A stretch of DNA of 64,000 bases from the human T2T-CHM13v2.0 reference genome, Homo sapiens, in NCBI RefSeq assembly GCF_009914755.1, contig NC_060926.1. The stretch is one strand, 5' to 3'. This document shows, in pieces, positions 13,030 through 28,968 of this stretch (positions are counted from its first letter, which is position 1; each line of letters starts with the position of its first letter). A model generated the notes under the pieces. That model was not told the DNA's origin and did not search any database. It saw only the letters and a list, made by a program, of their open reading frames with translations. The position numbers and the translations under genes are program-made.

Positions 13030-14685
13030 TTTCTAGTTAGGTTTACTAAGGTATACTCTATATATAGTAAAATTTTTTTCAGGTATTCAGCTTAATGAAT
13101 TTTGAAAAACAAAGACTGTCATGTAAACATCACAACAATAAAGTTATAAAATATTTTCATCATTCAAAAACGTTCCTGCATTTCCCTTTCTGGTCAATTC
13201 CCTAACTTAACCCTTAGCCCCTGTTAACTACACTGATCTGACTATCCCCATAGTTTCATCTTCTGCAGAAAGTTATCCGAGTGCAATCAAATGGCATATA
13301 GTCTTTGTGTCTTACTTCTCTCACTTAGCATACTGTCTTTGAGATTCATCCACATTGTAGCATGTATCAGTACTTTCTTTTTACTTTTACTTTATTTCTA
13401 TTTACTTTTATTTCTTTATTTCCATTGTATGGCTTTAACATAGTTTGTTTATTGATCAGTTGATGGACATTTGGGTCAATTCCAGTTTTGGGCAATTATG
13501 AATAAAATTAAGCAGCACATATGGATTAATATATGTTTTCATTTGCCTTGGGGATATACTTAGAAGTGGGACTGCTGGATCATATGGGAAACGTATGTAC
13601 AACTTTATAAAGTTTCTTATTAATAATTGCTAAATTGTTTTCCAAAGTGGCTGTACCATTTTGTATTCTCACTGACAATGTATGAGAGGTCCAGTTGCTC
13701 CTCATCCTAGCCATTTGATCCTATCAATTTGTTTAATTTTCACCATTCTAATAGGTGTAGTGCTATCTGATTTTGGTTTTACTTTGTATTTCCTTAATCG
13801 TTAAACATGTTGAGCATTTTTTTATGTGCTTATTCATCATTCATATTTCTTCTTTGGTAAAATGCCTGTTAAAATTGTTTTCCCATTTTATCATTTATTA
13901 TTGAGTTATAAATTATTTATATCTGTATGCAATTTCTTAAGCAGATACAAATACTTTCTAGTAGTCTATAGCTTGTTTTTTCATTTTCTGAACAGTGTAA
14001 AAGTGTCTCTAAAGAGTAGAAGTTTTAAATTTTGATAAAGTCCAATATATCAATATTCACACTTCTTTATTTTCTAAGAAATCTTTGCCTAATGCAAAGC
14101 CAAATAGATTTTCTACTGTTTTCATCTAGAAGTTTAATAGTTTTTTTAAAGTTTTTATTTTATGAATGATCCTATTGAATTAATTTTTATGTTTTGTATC
14201 AGGTAGTAGTCAAGGCGTTTTTTGAATTTACATATGAATACGTACTTCTTCTAGCACTGTTTGTTGAAAAGATTAGCCTTTCTTCATTGAATTCACTCTG
14301 CAACTTTGTTGAAAATCAACTGACTATATTGGTGTGAGTCTATTTCTGGACTCTGTTCTGTTCCATTGATCCATGTGTCTACCATTCTTTCACCAGTTTC
14401 ACAGTCTTGATTATTGTAGATTTTAGAGTAAGTATTAAAATCAGGAAGCATTAAGTCTTCAAAATTTGACCTTTAAAAAAATGTTTTGACTATTCTAGGG
14501 CTTTTCTTTTCTATGTATATTTAAGAAACAGCTTGCCATTTTCCATAATAAAAAAACATTTTGAGATTTTGATCAGGATTGTGCTGGATCTATAGATCAA
14601 TTGGGGAAGAACTAACATCTTAACAATATTAAGACTTCAAATGAATTAACACTGTATATTTCTCAGTTTATTTAGGTACATTTTG
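13030..14685 (-). mobile_element. Ancient L1M (MB/ME-like) 3' portion
   Basis: Antisense L1M 3' UTR and degraded ORF2 motifs (GTTGATGGACATTTGGG, TTCCAAAGTGGCTGTACCATTTTG, TCTATAGATCAATTGGGGAAGAA). Confidence 0.85.
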
Positions 14686-15569
14686 ATTCCTGAACATGAA
14701 GTTTTATCATGTACCAAAAAATTCATTGGACTTTTGATTAAAATTATATTAAATATAATTTCATAAATCATGATAAACATCTCTTTTCCAATGACTATGA
14801 TTTTTTATTATGCTTCCTATGTAGAATTATCGAAACATAATTTAATGGTATATGCAAACAAGAGAGATTATTATTTTAGTATTTCTAAACAACATTAATT
14901 CTGTAACAAGCTCTTTGCAAAATGGCTACAGGGGTCAAGTAACTCAGGAAATACCACATATTATATGCAGCCTTCGGATTCTGATTTACATCGGTCATTG
15001 GCTTTACTTGGTAATTGGATATTGCAAATATTCTAATATTGTTTATTTTGCTTTCCTGCTATTTTGTTTATAAATTTAAAAACCCATTTTCATAAAAGAG
15101 AGTGATTTGTTCCATTTTCTTGTTATCTTTGTTTAGCAGGATGGTTATGCTTGACAGATAAAATAGTTTATGAAACTTTCTCTATATTTTATGTTCTGGG
15201 AAAAATATAGGAAATTAGTAATTCTTTTAGGTATTTAACAAAATTTGACACAAACATGAAATGTGGCAATTGATATCAAATAGTAAAAATGGTTTTCTTC
15301 CACATTTATTGCATTTTAATTTTTAAAATCTCTTCATTGCATTTTAAAACTTTTTTCATATTTTCTGATATTCAAGCATTTTTGACAAGTGAATATAATT
15401 AGTGAGATTAATTGTAAAATGGTATAGTTGAGACTGATTGCATAGATAAATTCTTAATTTTTGATCTTAGCCACTTATAGACTATTGTCTATAATCCTCT
15501 ATTGGTTTTAAAATTTGTATTATTTTTTATTGTTGTAATGTTATTCTAAAAAATATTTTCGATGTGATC

Positions 15570-15620
15570 TAGGTTGAATCCATGGATATGGACCCTGTGG
15601 ATTCAGAGGGCCAACCATAC
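15570..15620. mobile_element. MER2/Tigger terminal fragment
   Basis: GGTTGAATCCATGGATATGGACCCTGTGGATTCAGAGGGCCAAC. Confidence 0.6.
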
Positions 15621-15801
15621 TCTATTGTTCAAGTTTTAGGCATTGAACCCAAATCCTTTGGAAATCTGGCATCCTGAAATTAGTGGGCTACCAATAGGAG
15701 TGGCTGCTACAGTATGTAAATATGAAGAAATGTACGTATTTAGATCAATCAGACTTTTAGCTCTGACAAACTACAGAGAATAATGAAAAGGTGATACTCA
15801 C

Positions 15802-15912
15802 ATCTGAGTTAAAGCGAAGCTGACAGACATTACAAGAAATAACTTGTTTCTTCTTTGGGGGAATGGATACTCCAAATGTATGGTTAATAACCGCTTTTTG
15901 CACAGGATCCAT
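15802..15912 (-). CDS. ZNF385B: ZNF385B internal coding exon (111 nt, phase 0 to 0): [37 protein letters not shown], first half of a matrin-type zinc finger
   Basis: The acceptor is tttgttcttcag|ATG and the donor is GAT|gtgagt, enclosing 37 codons. It has a CxxC-xxxFNS motif and the MDP(V/I)QKAV signature of the ZNF385 family. Confidence 0.97.
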
Positions 15913-16258
15913 CTGAAGAACAAATGAAAAAATAGTCAATTTGTAACTTCAAAGAAAAGACAACAGTGTGAGCAAATAACAGTAGTTGAAATATTCCATA
16001 AAGTTTAAACTTTTAGTTCCTAAACAAAGATAATAAAGAGTCTCCTTCAACAGTAATATATTTGTCTCCAAAAATTAAAAACAAAAACAAATGACAAAAA
16101 TGAAAACAAAAAATGGCTTTGAAAACATAACTCAGAAAAAACCACGAGAGAATCACCATATTTCCAGAAACCTAATGTCTCTAGAAGGAGCCTTGAAAAA
16201 CCTTAGAAGAATCATAAAACAAGAAAACTTAAGATCCAAAGGTCAAGGTTAAAATTAA

Positions 16259-16424
16259 CTTTTATTTTTCTTGAGACAGGATCTTGCTCTGTTGCTCAAG
16301 CTGGAATGCAGTGGCGTGATCATAGTTCACTGCAGCCTCAACCTCCTGAGCTCAAGTGATCCTCTTGTTTCAGCCGCCCGAGTAGCTGGGACTACAGGCA
16401 TGTGCCACACTATGCCCAGCTAAA
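16259..16424 (-). mobile_element. Alu right monomer (FRAM/AluJ)
   Basis: Single antisense arm. Confidence 0.85.
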
Positions 16425-17323
16425 AATGTTAATGTTTTCCCTGTATGAGGCAACAATACTTAAGATGGCCTCAAATGATGTCAATGACAATTATTACACA
16501 TATATTTATGCTTCTTAATTTTTGATTTATGGTAAAGTCATAAATGACAGGCTCTTATCAGAGCACAGAAAGTATTGACTGAATATATATTTTAAAATAA
16601 TTTGTTAACTTTCATGTGCTATAGACTGAAATTCATTCTACTGAAAATGCATGTCAGAACTGTACACTTAAATGCCTAAAATAGATTGGCTGACATGCAA
16701 CCCTTGGTTAAATATTAATCAAGTAAAGTTTTGATTTATAGCTTGTGATTTTCCCCTTTTGGCTTGCATGTATTATATATATTCAGAGAAATATACAGTG
16801 ATACAAGTACTCCAACAGAAAAAGTATGGCACATAGTCATTAAAACACTCAGGAAAAGAAACACCTAGATCTGCAGAGCCTATGAAAAGAGACACAGCAG
16901 TGATTCTCTTGTGTACTCCAGATAATAATCTCCAACATTTACATCAGACAACTGGTAGTTCAAAAAACAATGCAGATGATGAGCAAAACATTACATAACA
17001 GATGTAATATGAATGAGGACAGATCTATTGATACCATTGTCTAGGAAATCTCCTGAGGTTAGAGATTAAGATTGGATTAGTTGATGATATTTGATAGAGA
17101 GGAGAAATGAATACTATCTCTGATCATGATTATAAATCGACAAAATGCAAAATTAGCCATTAGAAGAAGCTAAATACATTAGAAAGGCAAGTGGATTGAA
17201 GAGTTATTGAATAATAAATTAATCTATTTTTTGGCTACAATTTCAAGAAAGATGACAGGACAATGTATTCCTATTATAAAGAACAGTTATGGTGATTTGG
17301 GACACTTAAAAATTTTAAGAGGG

Positions 17324-17457
17324 TTCCAGGTGCAGGGGCTTATGCCTATAATCCCAGCACTTTGGGAGGCTGAGGCAGGAGGATCACTTGAGCTTAGGAG
17401 TTTGAGACCAGACTGGGCAACACAGCAAGACCCTGTCTCCATCTTAAAAAAAAAAAT
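17324..17457 (+). mobile_element. Alu monomer (FLAM-like) with TSD
   Basis: Single arm plus poly(A). The flanks read AAAAATTTTAAGAGGG and AAAAATGCTAAGAGGG. Confidence 0.85.
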
Positions 17458-18441
17458 GCTAAGAGGGGAGTTTTCTGGAGAGATAGCCTAACTATAATGT
17501 GATGGTTACACAAATCTATACATATATTAAATTCATAGACCTTTCCCCCTCAAAAGGTCAATTTTATATATTATAATTTAATAAGTAAAAAAGAAAAACC
17601 TTCTTAACATTATTATGTTTAACTACTAAATCTAACATATCATTACTGGAAAATCTAGGGATTCATACTGTTGAAGGTCATAACTGATTGTATTAAATTT
17701 TATTCAATGAGAATAATAATTTAAAAAACTATGTGACAAAGAAAATCTCAAAAGGTCAGAAAATAAATTCCTAGTTCACTTTCTTATTTTATTCACAAAC
17801 ACAAATACTTAAATCCCATCTATCTATTTGCAAAATAGGAAACTATACTTTCTGACAGTTACCAGACATGGCGAATCAGTTTATGCAGGCTTAAAAATAA
17901 AACAGGCTAACTTATCTTGGCAGGATGAAAGAAGCCCACTGTTTTGCAAAGTTAAAAAACAAGAGCATTTTATTGAGATAGTTTCTGATCTCAGGCTCTG
18001 AAAAATACTTCCCATCTGGTGATATGTGAACTACATGGGATTAAACTATATGAATATTCCCTAAATACCGGTTTTATGCATGCTATTTTCATTATTTTTT
18101 GCCATATCCATACACTAATATTTTTCTTTAAATCAAATTGAAGTACACTTAAACAATAAATCATAGAAATAATGTACACTTTCCTATTACTCCTTTCAAA
18201 AAATACATTGAAATTAACATCAAAATTAAAACTTTCCTCAAAGTGAATCCACATATCCTAGCTGTTTCCATGCCCAAACATAGAAAGACAAAAGATACAT
18301 TTACGAATATCTAGTTTCAAGTTCTTAGTAGACTATTGTATCTATTGACATCTCCAAAAAAATCTTTGAAAATAAATATTCCCATTAAGTTTTAAAAATT
18401 GTTAGCTGCCTACATAATTTTTTACATAACTCCTAATACAG

Positions 18442-18849
<408 letters not shown>

Positions 18850-20155
18850 TGAGAGCTCTCCATCCTGAAAGGTAAGTTGAGACTGAGCACTCCAAATAGA
18901 AAGGTAGGCAAGTTTCCATCCATCTGCTCTCTAAAAAGCACCAGATTAAGAAGGTTCCTTCATGAAACTCTCCTCAGAATTGGCTCCTCCAGTTTATATA
19001 TGTAATCCTAATTTTTCTCATAAAATCAACTAAATAAGCACAGCCCTTTTACACTTTCTTTGCTACTTGTCATTAACTTTTTCTGCCTTTTCATCCTTTG
19101 GATAACTTATCACTAATTGTATCAAGATTGTACCCCCATCTGTCTCACTTGGAACAGATTTCCTTTATTTTCCTCTTGATTCTGTATTTCCTTAAGGTTT
19201 CTGGAAAAGATTCACTTTTTCTTCTAGTCTAAATCTCTTCTTCTGCTGTTTATTATTAAATTCTATAGTTATATTTTTATATTTAAATGTCATTTTGGGG
19301 GACATGATTTAGATGATTTAGTTGAATAGAGACTTTAATTGGAATAAAAAAGAATGCCCCACTTGTCACTTTATCTGATTTTGAAACAGACACTGTCAAG
19401 CTAATGTTTTGAGTATTTGCCCTCTGATGCAATAACTACAAATACTCGAGTCATTTCAATGGGATCCAAATGTGACAGTAATGAAGAGGGCTTTCAGATA
19501 CCTTTTTAAAAAGTATAAAGTGGTAAAATTCTCAATTTTTGTTCTCAGCATTAGTACAATGCTCTAAAAGCTAGATAAAATAACTATGATGTTAATTTAT
19601 GTTAACTTAAATTTTTTCCTTTGCTAGTGCATTACTAGTTCTCTGTAGTCATAATGAGATGCATGTAACTAAATCGATGATAATTCTTTTATTCTATCAC
19701 TAAGTTTCAGGATGAATAAAAAGTTCAGGATTAATAAAAACATTATCATAAATCTTAAAATGTGATAAATGCAAGTAACTCATTTTAGTACAGTCAAAAC
19801 TATGTTCTATATCATAATGATTTCATGTGTAGACTACTCAAAAATTACTGGAGGTACTGCAACTACATAACAAATTCTGATTTTTAAAGATTCATTTGGC
19901 ATTTTATAGACATTCGATTGTTAAAAATGAACAAGTACTTTCAAAAATATTTCTTAAATGTTTATAATATATCTTTTACATTAACAAATGTCTTATTAAG
20001 TAGTCATATTAAATTAGCTCATGTTAGTTCACATTGTGCAAATAAAGCTGTCTATGGATTGAGAAAAGTATAATTCATTAGGAAATAATACTAAAGATGC
20101 TTTTTTAAAGAAAAAAATACCCTATCACATAGATCTAGCTACCAATATTCCTTAC

Positions 20156-20194
20156 CTGGCAAAATTTATTGGTCTCAAATAAGCCTCTTCTTTT
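20156..20194 (-). CDS. ZNF385B: Candidate 39-nt in-frame alternative cassette exon (KRRGLFETNKFCQ)
   Basis: The acceptor is ttctaacttttacttttttag| and the donor is CAG|gtaagg. It has 13 stop-free codons in phase 0, matching the intron it sits in. Confidence 0.55.
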
Positions 20195-21076
20195 CTAAAA
20201 AAGTAAAAGTTAGAAGCAGTCATCTGGAATTTTGAGGCTAGGAAGCACAATTACATGAAAATTTAAAGACCCATTTTCCTTGCTTTTCTTTGAGTAAAAA
20301 GCCTGAAACACTAACTAAAAGGCAGCAAAAGTTAACACTTGCCACTTTTTCTAATGAAAATCATGCAGAAATGAAAAGCAAGACCTATTAGTGCAATTAA
20401 CTGGTAGGTAATAAAAGTGAAAGATGAGGTTGCAGCTGTTACCAGGAACTGAGGAGGTAATTGGAGGCCATGTACAGACAAATTAACAATTATACTGTAG
20501 TACTTATAAAACAAATTAATGAAGCTGGCCTTATATCATCTATCATATTTTCAATATCAAAATAAGAACAATTTTTTTTTTTTGGTGTCTTCAAGATTAC
20601 AGAGACTACAAATCTGTGTGCGTTTTTTTTTTTTTTTTTTTAAAGAGCATTACTTTCTCTGGGTAAACCAAAAAGTAATTTACATCTCCACAGTGTAAAA
20701 AGTCATATAAAAATATGCAGCTGCAAGTGAAACCTAGACACAGGGAAAATAAACACACTGCAGCACTTCACTAAAGGTAGGATGAATCTAAGATGGGGGC
20801 TGTGTGCTCAAGCGACTTGACATAATACTAGATTATATTTAGACTCTAGAAAATTCTGCTACATGGGACTTTAGGCAGAGAAAATAGAATTATAAACTTG
20901 TTCAACTATCCCAGTACTTTTCAAGAGGCATGAAATTTGAGTTCTATTCTTATAAGAGTCTTAAAAGGATTTAACTAGCCATCAGGTAACACTGGGATGG
21001 GAACTGGGCATCACCCCCATTACGAAACAAAAAGACCACTCGAGAATTGTACAGGACTTTCTTTTATCTGTACTAT

Positions 21077-21423
<347 letters not shown>

Positions 21424-21544
21424 TAACCAATGTTCTAAAAAGCATTTGGTAGGCATTTATTACTTATCCAGTATAGTAGGCCCTGGTAGCTCTTCTATTA
21501 AACAGAAATAGAAATCAGGTTCTTTACTTTTAAAATTTAAAGTC

Positions 21545-21990
<446 letters not shown>

Positions 21991-22164
21991 TCAATTGGAG
22001 GCTGGGAAAAGAAGTTGCCATTAAGCAAAACAATGAGGCATGAGAGGCACAAAAAGGTCTGTCTCCTCTTCCCCCACCCATACTTTGGGTTTTTTTTCCC
22101 CTCTGACAGTGACATCCATGTGTTATTCTCCCAGGGGTATTTTCTTTTTCTTTTTTCTAGCTGT

Positions 22165-22375
22165 GTAATAACAATAATAAACATCATTGTAAGAGGAGCT
22201 TTGATTTACTGAGGTTTGCTGGGAACTATACTAAGGAATTACCTCCTGTAGTCTCCATCATCACTCGAGGCAGACATGATTATTATCCTCCTTTAACAAA
22301 CGAGGAATCAAAGGCTTTGAGAGGTTCAATAATGAATCACCCTCAAGTTCATAGGTCGGCATTCAAACACAGGTA
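22165..22375 (-). mobile_element. MIR
   Basis: ATTATTATCCTCCTTTAACAAACGAGGAATCAAAGGC is a degraded MIR core. Confidence 0.6.
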
Positions 22376-23293
22376 GGAATCTCCCCCAACATTGTTCCCT
22401 GCTAAAGAAACACTGCCAGAATCATGAGTGTATTGCATCGCACTGCTAAAGGGTATGGGTTTGGAGAAGAATGGATAAGACTTCCTGGAACTTCTGCAGT
22501 CTGGAAGGTTGCTGCCTACACAAACCTAAGGTGCTTAAGGAAAAGTTTTCTGGAAAAGCGAGTCTAGGTTTTGTCTTTCTGACCTATTTCTCATATTCTT
22601 AGGATAAGCCCATTACTTCCTGTGCAACTTCAGGAAAGCCATAAATAAAAATTTGGGCTGTCCTGTCCTCTTTCCTCATTATAACTGTTGGGTTTGCACA
22701 CAGAAAAAAAAAGTCCTGGGAATATTTAGAAATTACGTGTTTGCAAGTGGCAGTCATCATTTGCACCTGTCCTTGATTTGCTGCTAAGCAGACCGCAGCT
22801 ACAAACCCTTGTGACTTTGGGCCTTCTGGAAGTTTGGCTAAGTATCAACTTTTAAACTGTGATATTGTGGTATTACAGTCTCCATCATCACATGAGGCAG
22901 ACATGATTATTATCAGTATCGTTATTATTATTACAGTAGTACAAAGAGAATAACTATTTTTTATCCCTTCCTTCTTGAATATCAGCCTTATGGGAAAGGA
23001 TGTGACCATAGGGTCTCAACAGAACTTCAAATATTCATGAAAGAACATGTTTAAGTGATAGCTGTGTCGCTAAAGAGCAATATTTCTCTAAAGTTACTTT
23101 AAAATGGGTTTTGTCTTTCATATTTAAAGACTCTGACCATATGCTTTTATGTTGATGTTTTACTTTTTAAAAATCCTTGAAAACTTCAATAGAAAGAAAA
23201 CAGATACAGCAACAACAAAGATAATTTTTTTCTCTTAAAGATCAAGAAATACAAATGATTGCATATTGTTGGCAACACTAGTTTAACCACAGA

Positions 23294-23500
23294 TTTTTTT
23301 TTTTTTTTTTTTTTACACAGTGTCTCTTCTGTCACCCAGGCTGGAGTGCAGTGGCTCAGTCTGGGTCACTGCAACCTCTGCCTCTTGGGCTCAAGTGATT
23401 CTCCCAACTCAGCCTTCTGGGTAGCTGGGATTCCAGGTATGTGCCACCATACCCAGCTAATTTTTTGTAGAGACAGGGTTTCACCATGTTGCCCAGGCTG
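23294..23500 (-). mobile_element. Truncated old Alu
   Basis: Right arm plus part of the left arm. Confidence 0.88.
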
Positions 23501-23564
23501 GAACTATAGAACTTTGTACTATTTTGGATTTCAATTCAGAAGGCTCATTAAAAATACACCATAT

Positions 23565-24058
<494 letters not shown>

Positions 24059-27000
24059 TCACTCTCTCCACAAACCGTTTATTAAACCAAGGGTCAAATG
24101 TTTGGGGAGATGGTTTCTTCAAGAATCCCCAGCTCTTTGCTGAAACCACATATTGGTTGTGGCTTGCAACATTAACTGGTCCCCTCTTTCACTGGGATAC
24201 AACTACCCAGGCAGAAAGTTAACCAGTCACTCAGAACTGTTATAAAGGCAATAACAACACAACACATACTTCAGAAACTAACAGACAGGTTACATTACAT
24301 CTAAGTCCTGGATCCAGTGAAGCTTCATTACTATTGCTACTACTACTATTTTATCAAAATGTTGCAGGCTTTTAAGTATTTTGAGGCTGGTTGACTACAG
24401 GCAACATCTAATAGCTGCTGAAATTAAGCAGGACCCCAGGATTTCAGTTTTTCCCAATTTTCTAGGGCTTCCTTAATGGCAGTATATATTCCCGATAGAA
24501 AACACAAGGGAGTCAGCCCAGAGATGAGGCAGCCTATCAGAGTAGAGTACAGAATAGCATTTCATTTTTTTCCTCTGTTTTCTAAACTATGAATTTAGAA
24601 AGCTTGATATATTTCACTCTAATTCCATATTGTTAGGTCTCCTTTGAAAAGCTCTGGGATTCACCAAACAATATTTGTATATTCCATTGACAGAAAGGAT
24701 GACTAAAGTCAAGAAAAAAAAAATCCTGTGATGTATCTTGAAGATCTGTTTTGAAAAGAAGACTGAACTCTGTATTTTCTGGTCATTTTTTTTTTTGGAG
24801 AAATTTCATCTTCATTTTATTTTGGGGTTTCTGTCATAAAATAATGTCCTTTTTCTAGATGACTCTGGTTGTAAGAAGTGCAACTCTTTCAGAGGTAAGG
24901 GTTTCATATCAACTTTAAATATTCAGTTCTCTCCTTAGGAATTTTTGCTCCTTTTCAACATATTACACATTTATAAATGTATGACTTCCAATTTGTTTAT
25001 ATATTTACTATATTTTTCTTGAAATTTTATTCACATAATAAAAGTTTATTAAGTACCTATCATACATTGTTTTAGGAGCTTGACATACAGTGGAGAATAG
25101 GCTTTCAAATATCCAACATTCTAGTTGGGAAGACCCAGACCCAAATCTCTAACATAATAAATAAGGTATTTTCAGAGGGTTGTAAGTAGCATTGAAAAAT
25201 AAAATAAAATAGAAGAATGGGAAAGAAACAATATTTTACCAGGAAAATTTTTAAAAACACATTTTTGTTGCCTTGATACCCACTGTAATTCAGATACTTT
25301 TACATGTAAAGTCATACCAAATATGCAAAAAAACAAAACAAAACAAAAAAACACTCTTCCATGATTTAGAGAAGTTGATACAGAATCCAGACTCATACAA
25401 GTGGTAAAACCTGTAGACTAAGAGACACGCTCCTCAGCTTCCAACACAGTCTGTCAGTCTGTGAGATGTCTGCAGAGGATTTTTTCAACTACCAAGTAGC
25501 AAGACAACTGATCTCAGAGCTACCACCATCATCATAATCCCAAGAAGAAAGGTAAACTAAAGTAATCTGCATTTTGAAAGTTCTCTAAGGATGAGTACTA
25601 AGTACTAGACACCTTTCATCTGGAGACCTTTCTAACAGGTTTCTGCACAGCGTGGTTGGCCTGGAACTTGGTGAGTGAATAGCAAAATGATCATGAGTTA
25701 CTTCTTTTGTCTTTAAAATAAATACATATGTTGTCTAAGAGCTAACAGTTTTGTGTGAGGATATTACAACAAAATAATGTTTTTCATCTTTTATACTTTT
25801 AGAACCATAAGGAGTTACCAAATGGTAAAAGTAAAAAAGCTAAAAGCAAATGAACTGGTGATTTCACCATCTCCTTCTCTTTAGTGGAAACCTAGTAATG
25901 CTTTCGACAGATAACTTTTAAACTGTTCTGAGTAGAAAAAAAAATTCTTAAGTTCTTCTTCAGACAATAGTTACTTTGTTAATAGGAGATGCCATAAGGT
26001 TAGGCCTGGGTACCTGACTGGAGCTGAATGTCTAACTCTCACAGTAGATCCTTGTGTGTAACAAATATGGTCAGTCCAAATGTTAAAATGTTCCATTTTC
26101 CTGGCTAGCTCTACATGCCTGGTGACTTTCCATGCTGCGGGGATCAAGAGTGATGCAGCAAAGCTGTAGTTATGCTGCTGGGTAATTTAAGAAGCCACTT
26201 CAAAGAGCTTTTCAAAAAGTTCAGTTTAACAAATAAGACTTTCAGTTTATTTCTGAAATGGGTATGGGACTTAATTAAATGTTTACTTATACCTCATAGT
26301 CACTAACACACAACACCCAGCAATGTTTTTGGCGTTGATGTTCCTATTTGAGTTTTAAATGAGTAAACTAAATAACTGAAATTCTATCGCATAGGTGTTC
26401 ATATTCAGGTTTTAAATGCACACTGAAAGGTCTGGTTGGTTAATGTGATTTATTAAAGAAGCCCAGACCACCCTCAACCCCAAATGCAACTGCTGTTTTC
26501 AATGTAGGGAAAAAGAATTAAGGTAATGAGCCGAATTATGTCTTCTAAGAAAACTCTGTGCTTTTCTTTGTTTGTTTCCATTCTTGAATAAGCAAATGCT
26601 TAGATATGACTGGAAATCTTTAGGGGAGACAGGTATTTTTCCATCAGGATGCTAAGAAAGTTCTTGATAGGGTTTTCATTTTATCTTCAAGATTTGATGT
26701 TCCTAATTTTTGGTCAAAGTATACATAAGATTTTAAAGATCTGTAACATCTTTCAAAGATCATGCATAACAAAAAGTTCATATGATATTAGTAGATGCCC
26801 TTTTGAAAAAAATATGAGAAAATTATAGGTGTTTCAAGCAAAATGAAAAACTACCTGGAAATCTTTCAGGGAATTAATAAGAATTTACCTCTGTTGTGAA
26901 TTTTAGTAGCCTAGAAGAAGAACTAAAATGATGATAAGTGCTATCAATATGTTTTGTATGTGGAGAAGTTACTGTCCTCAAAGTACTTATACTTTATACT

Positions 27001-28449
27001 TCTCAGTGAGATATATTCATATTTAAACAGCAACAACGAATAGCTCAAGACTTATATAATTGACAATAAACTCTATCACCCAAAGATAAATACGAACAAA
27101 ACTGGTTATAGTATACTATTCTGAGTGATAGGAACAGAAACTAGATTCACCAAGATAATCTAAATAAAATGGGTTGGGTGTTTCCTTATTTAGTATTGTA
27201 TCTCCTTCGGGTGAAATGAAATGAGAAATATTTCAGGAATACAGACTAAAAAATAATTTTTCAGTAGATGTGTAAAATGTGAAATAGAGATTCACTGGAG
27301 TGTAGGTCATGAGAAATGGTTATTCCATAGCACATGTGAAGAGAGATCCATCCCAAAGTTTGAAAGGACAGGCCAAATATCTGAGCTAAAAGACAGTAAA
27401 CAGTTTTTGGCCTTTTGTTTTCTTTTTAAATAGTGACTTGAAAACAATCCCCAAAATTGTCCTCAAATTAAATTTCCATAACATAAAATTCAGTGCCAAA
27501 AATAAATCTGAGAAATATCTTTTTATAAAATAGGATTCTTTATTTTTTAGGAGAGGAAAAAAAGTATACGAGTAACTGAAGAATACTTGCTGATACTTAT
27601 AGATGTAGTTTAAAAAAACACTGGTGCTAAATCTCCAAATCCAAATAGGATACAATTGCTTGTTTTTTGGTAAACGAGCTCAAAAATATGTTACAAGGGC
27701 TTTCTAAGAGACTAGAGGAATAATAAACTTTCTCGATCTAAAAATCAATACATCTCCTGAACAGCCACATGCATTAACTGACATCCTTTCAAAACCATTC
27801 TGTCAAAGCTAAGTTTGAAAGGCTGTTCAGTAACTAATCAGATATATCCTGATGCTGAGGTCCATGACAAAAATTAAAAATGTGTAACATGAAAAGAAAA
27901 CTCCTCCAGGCAGGAAGAAGTGCAAAAGAGAAACCTGGACCTTTGAATATATTTCTGTTCGAATATATTTCTTCATTTTGCAAAGCTAAGTGGAAATGAA
28001 GCATTTTTCCCCATAATGGGGGCCAACACATTTCTTACCCTTTCACTAAGAAGAAATATGACAATTGAGCACTAGTAAAGCTCTAGACAAATTAACAAAT
28101 GTGCAGTGTTCTAATCTTAAACATTTTGGGCCCTTAATTCCACATGCCACATAACCGTTACACAGTGGTAAAATGTCAGGGATCATCTACATTTTCAAAC
28201 TTCAAAAAAAAATTGTTTTCGTTTAAGCCCCAGAACCTCCCCACCCACCCAAACAAAATCCTAACTGGAAACTCAATAGAATAAAACTCAGTTTTTAGAA
28301 ACTGAGTTCTGGTGAAAGCAGACAGATCAGGCCCCAGATCTACCAGCCTGATTTTAGTCTTTCTCGCTTGAAAATGAAGAAAGATTTGGAGAATTTTAGT
28401 GACTTGTTTGAGCCTCCTCAGGTAACACCTGAACCCAGATCTCCTTCTA

Positions 28450-28968
28450 TGTTTGCCAGATTTAGCAAGTAATAATATAAGATGTCCAGTTAAAGTGGAA
28501 TTTTAGGGGTAAACAGCAAATAATTTAAAAAAGTATGTGCCAAACATTGCATGGCACATACTGACATTAAAAATGATTTGTTTGCTGTTTATCTAAAACT
28601 CCTCTTTAGTCTGGGTGCAGTAGGGCTCATGCCTGTAATCCCAGCACTTTGGGAGACCGAGGTGGGAGGATCACCTGAGGTCAGGAGTTCGAGATCAGCC
28701 TGGCCAACATGGCAAAACCCCATCTCTAGTAAAAATACAAAAATCAGCTGGGTGTGGTGGTGGGCACCTGTAATCCCAGCTACTGGGGAGGCTGAGGCAG
28801 GAGAATCGCTTGAACCTGGGAGGTTCAAGTGCAGTGAGCCGAGATCATGCCACTGCACTCCAGCCTGGGTGACATAGTGAGACTCCATCTCAAAAATAAA
28901 TAAATAAATAGAAATATATAAATAAATATCCTTTTTAACTGGGTATCCTATAGTTAGATCTGTTTCCC
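28450..28968. mobile_element. MER53-like palindromic hAT MITE split by an Alu
   Basis: TTGCCAGATTTAGCAA...CCAGTTAAA on the left and TTTAACTGGGTATCC resuming after the Alu. Confidence 0.75.
28608..28926 (+). mobile_element. AluS
   Basis: Full Alu with an (AAAT)n tail. Confidence 0.95.
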
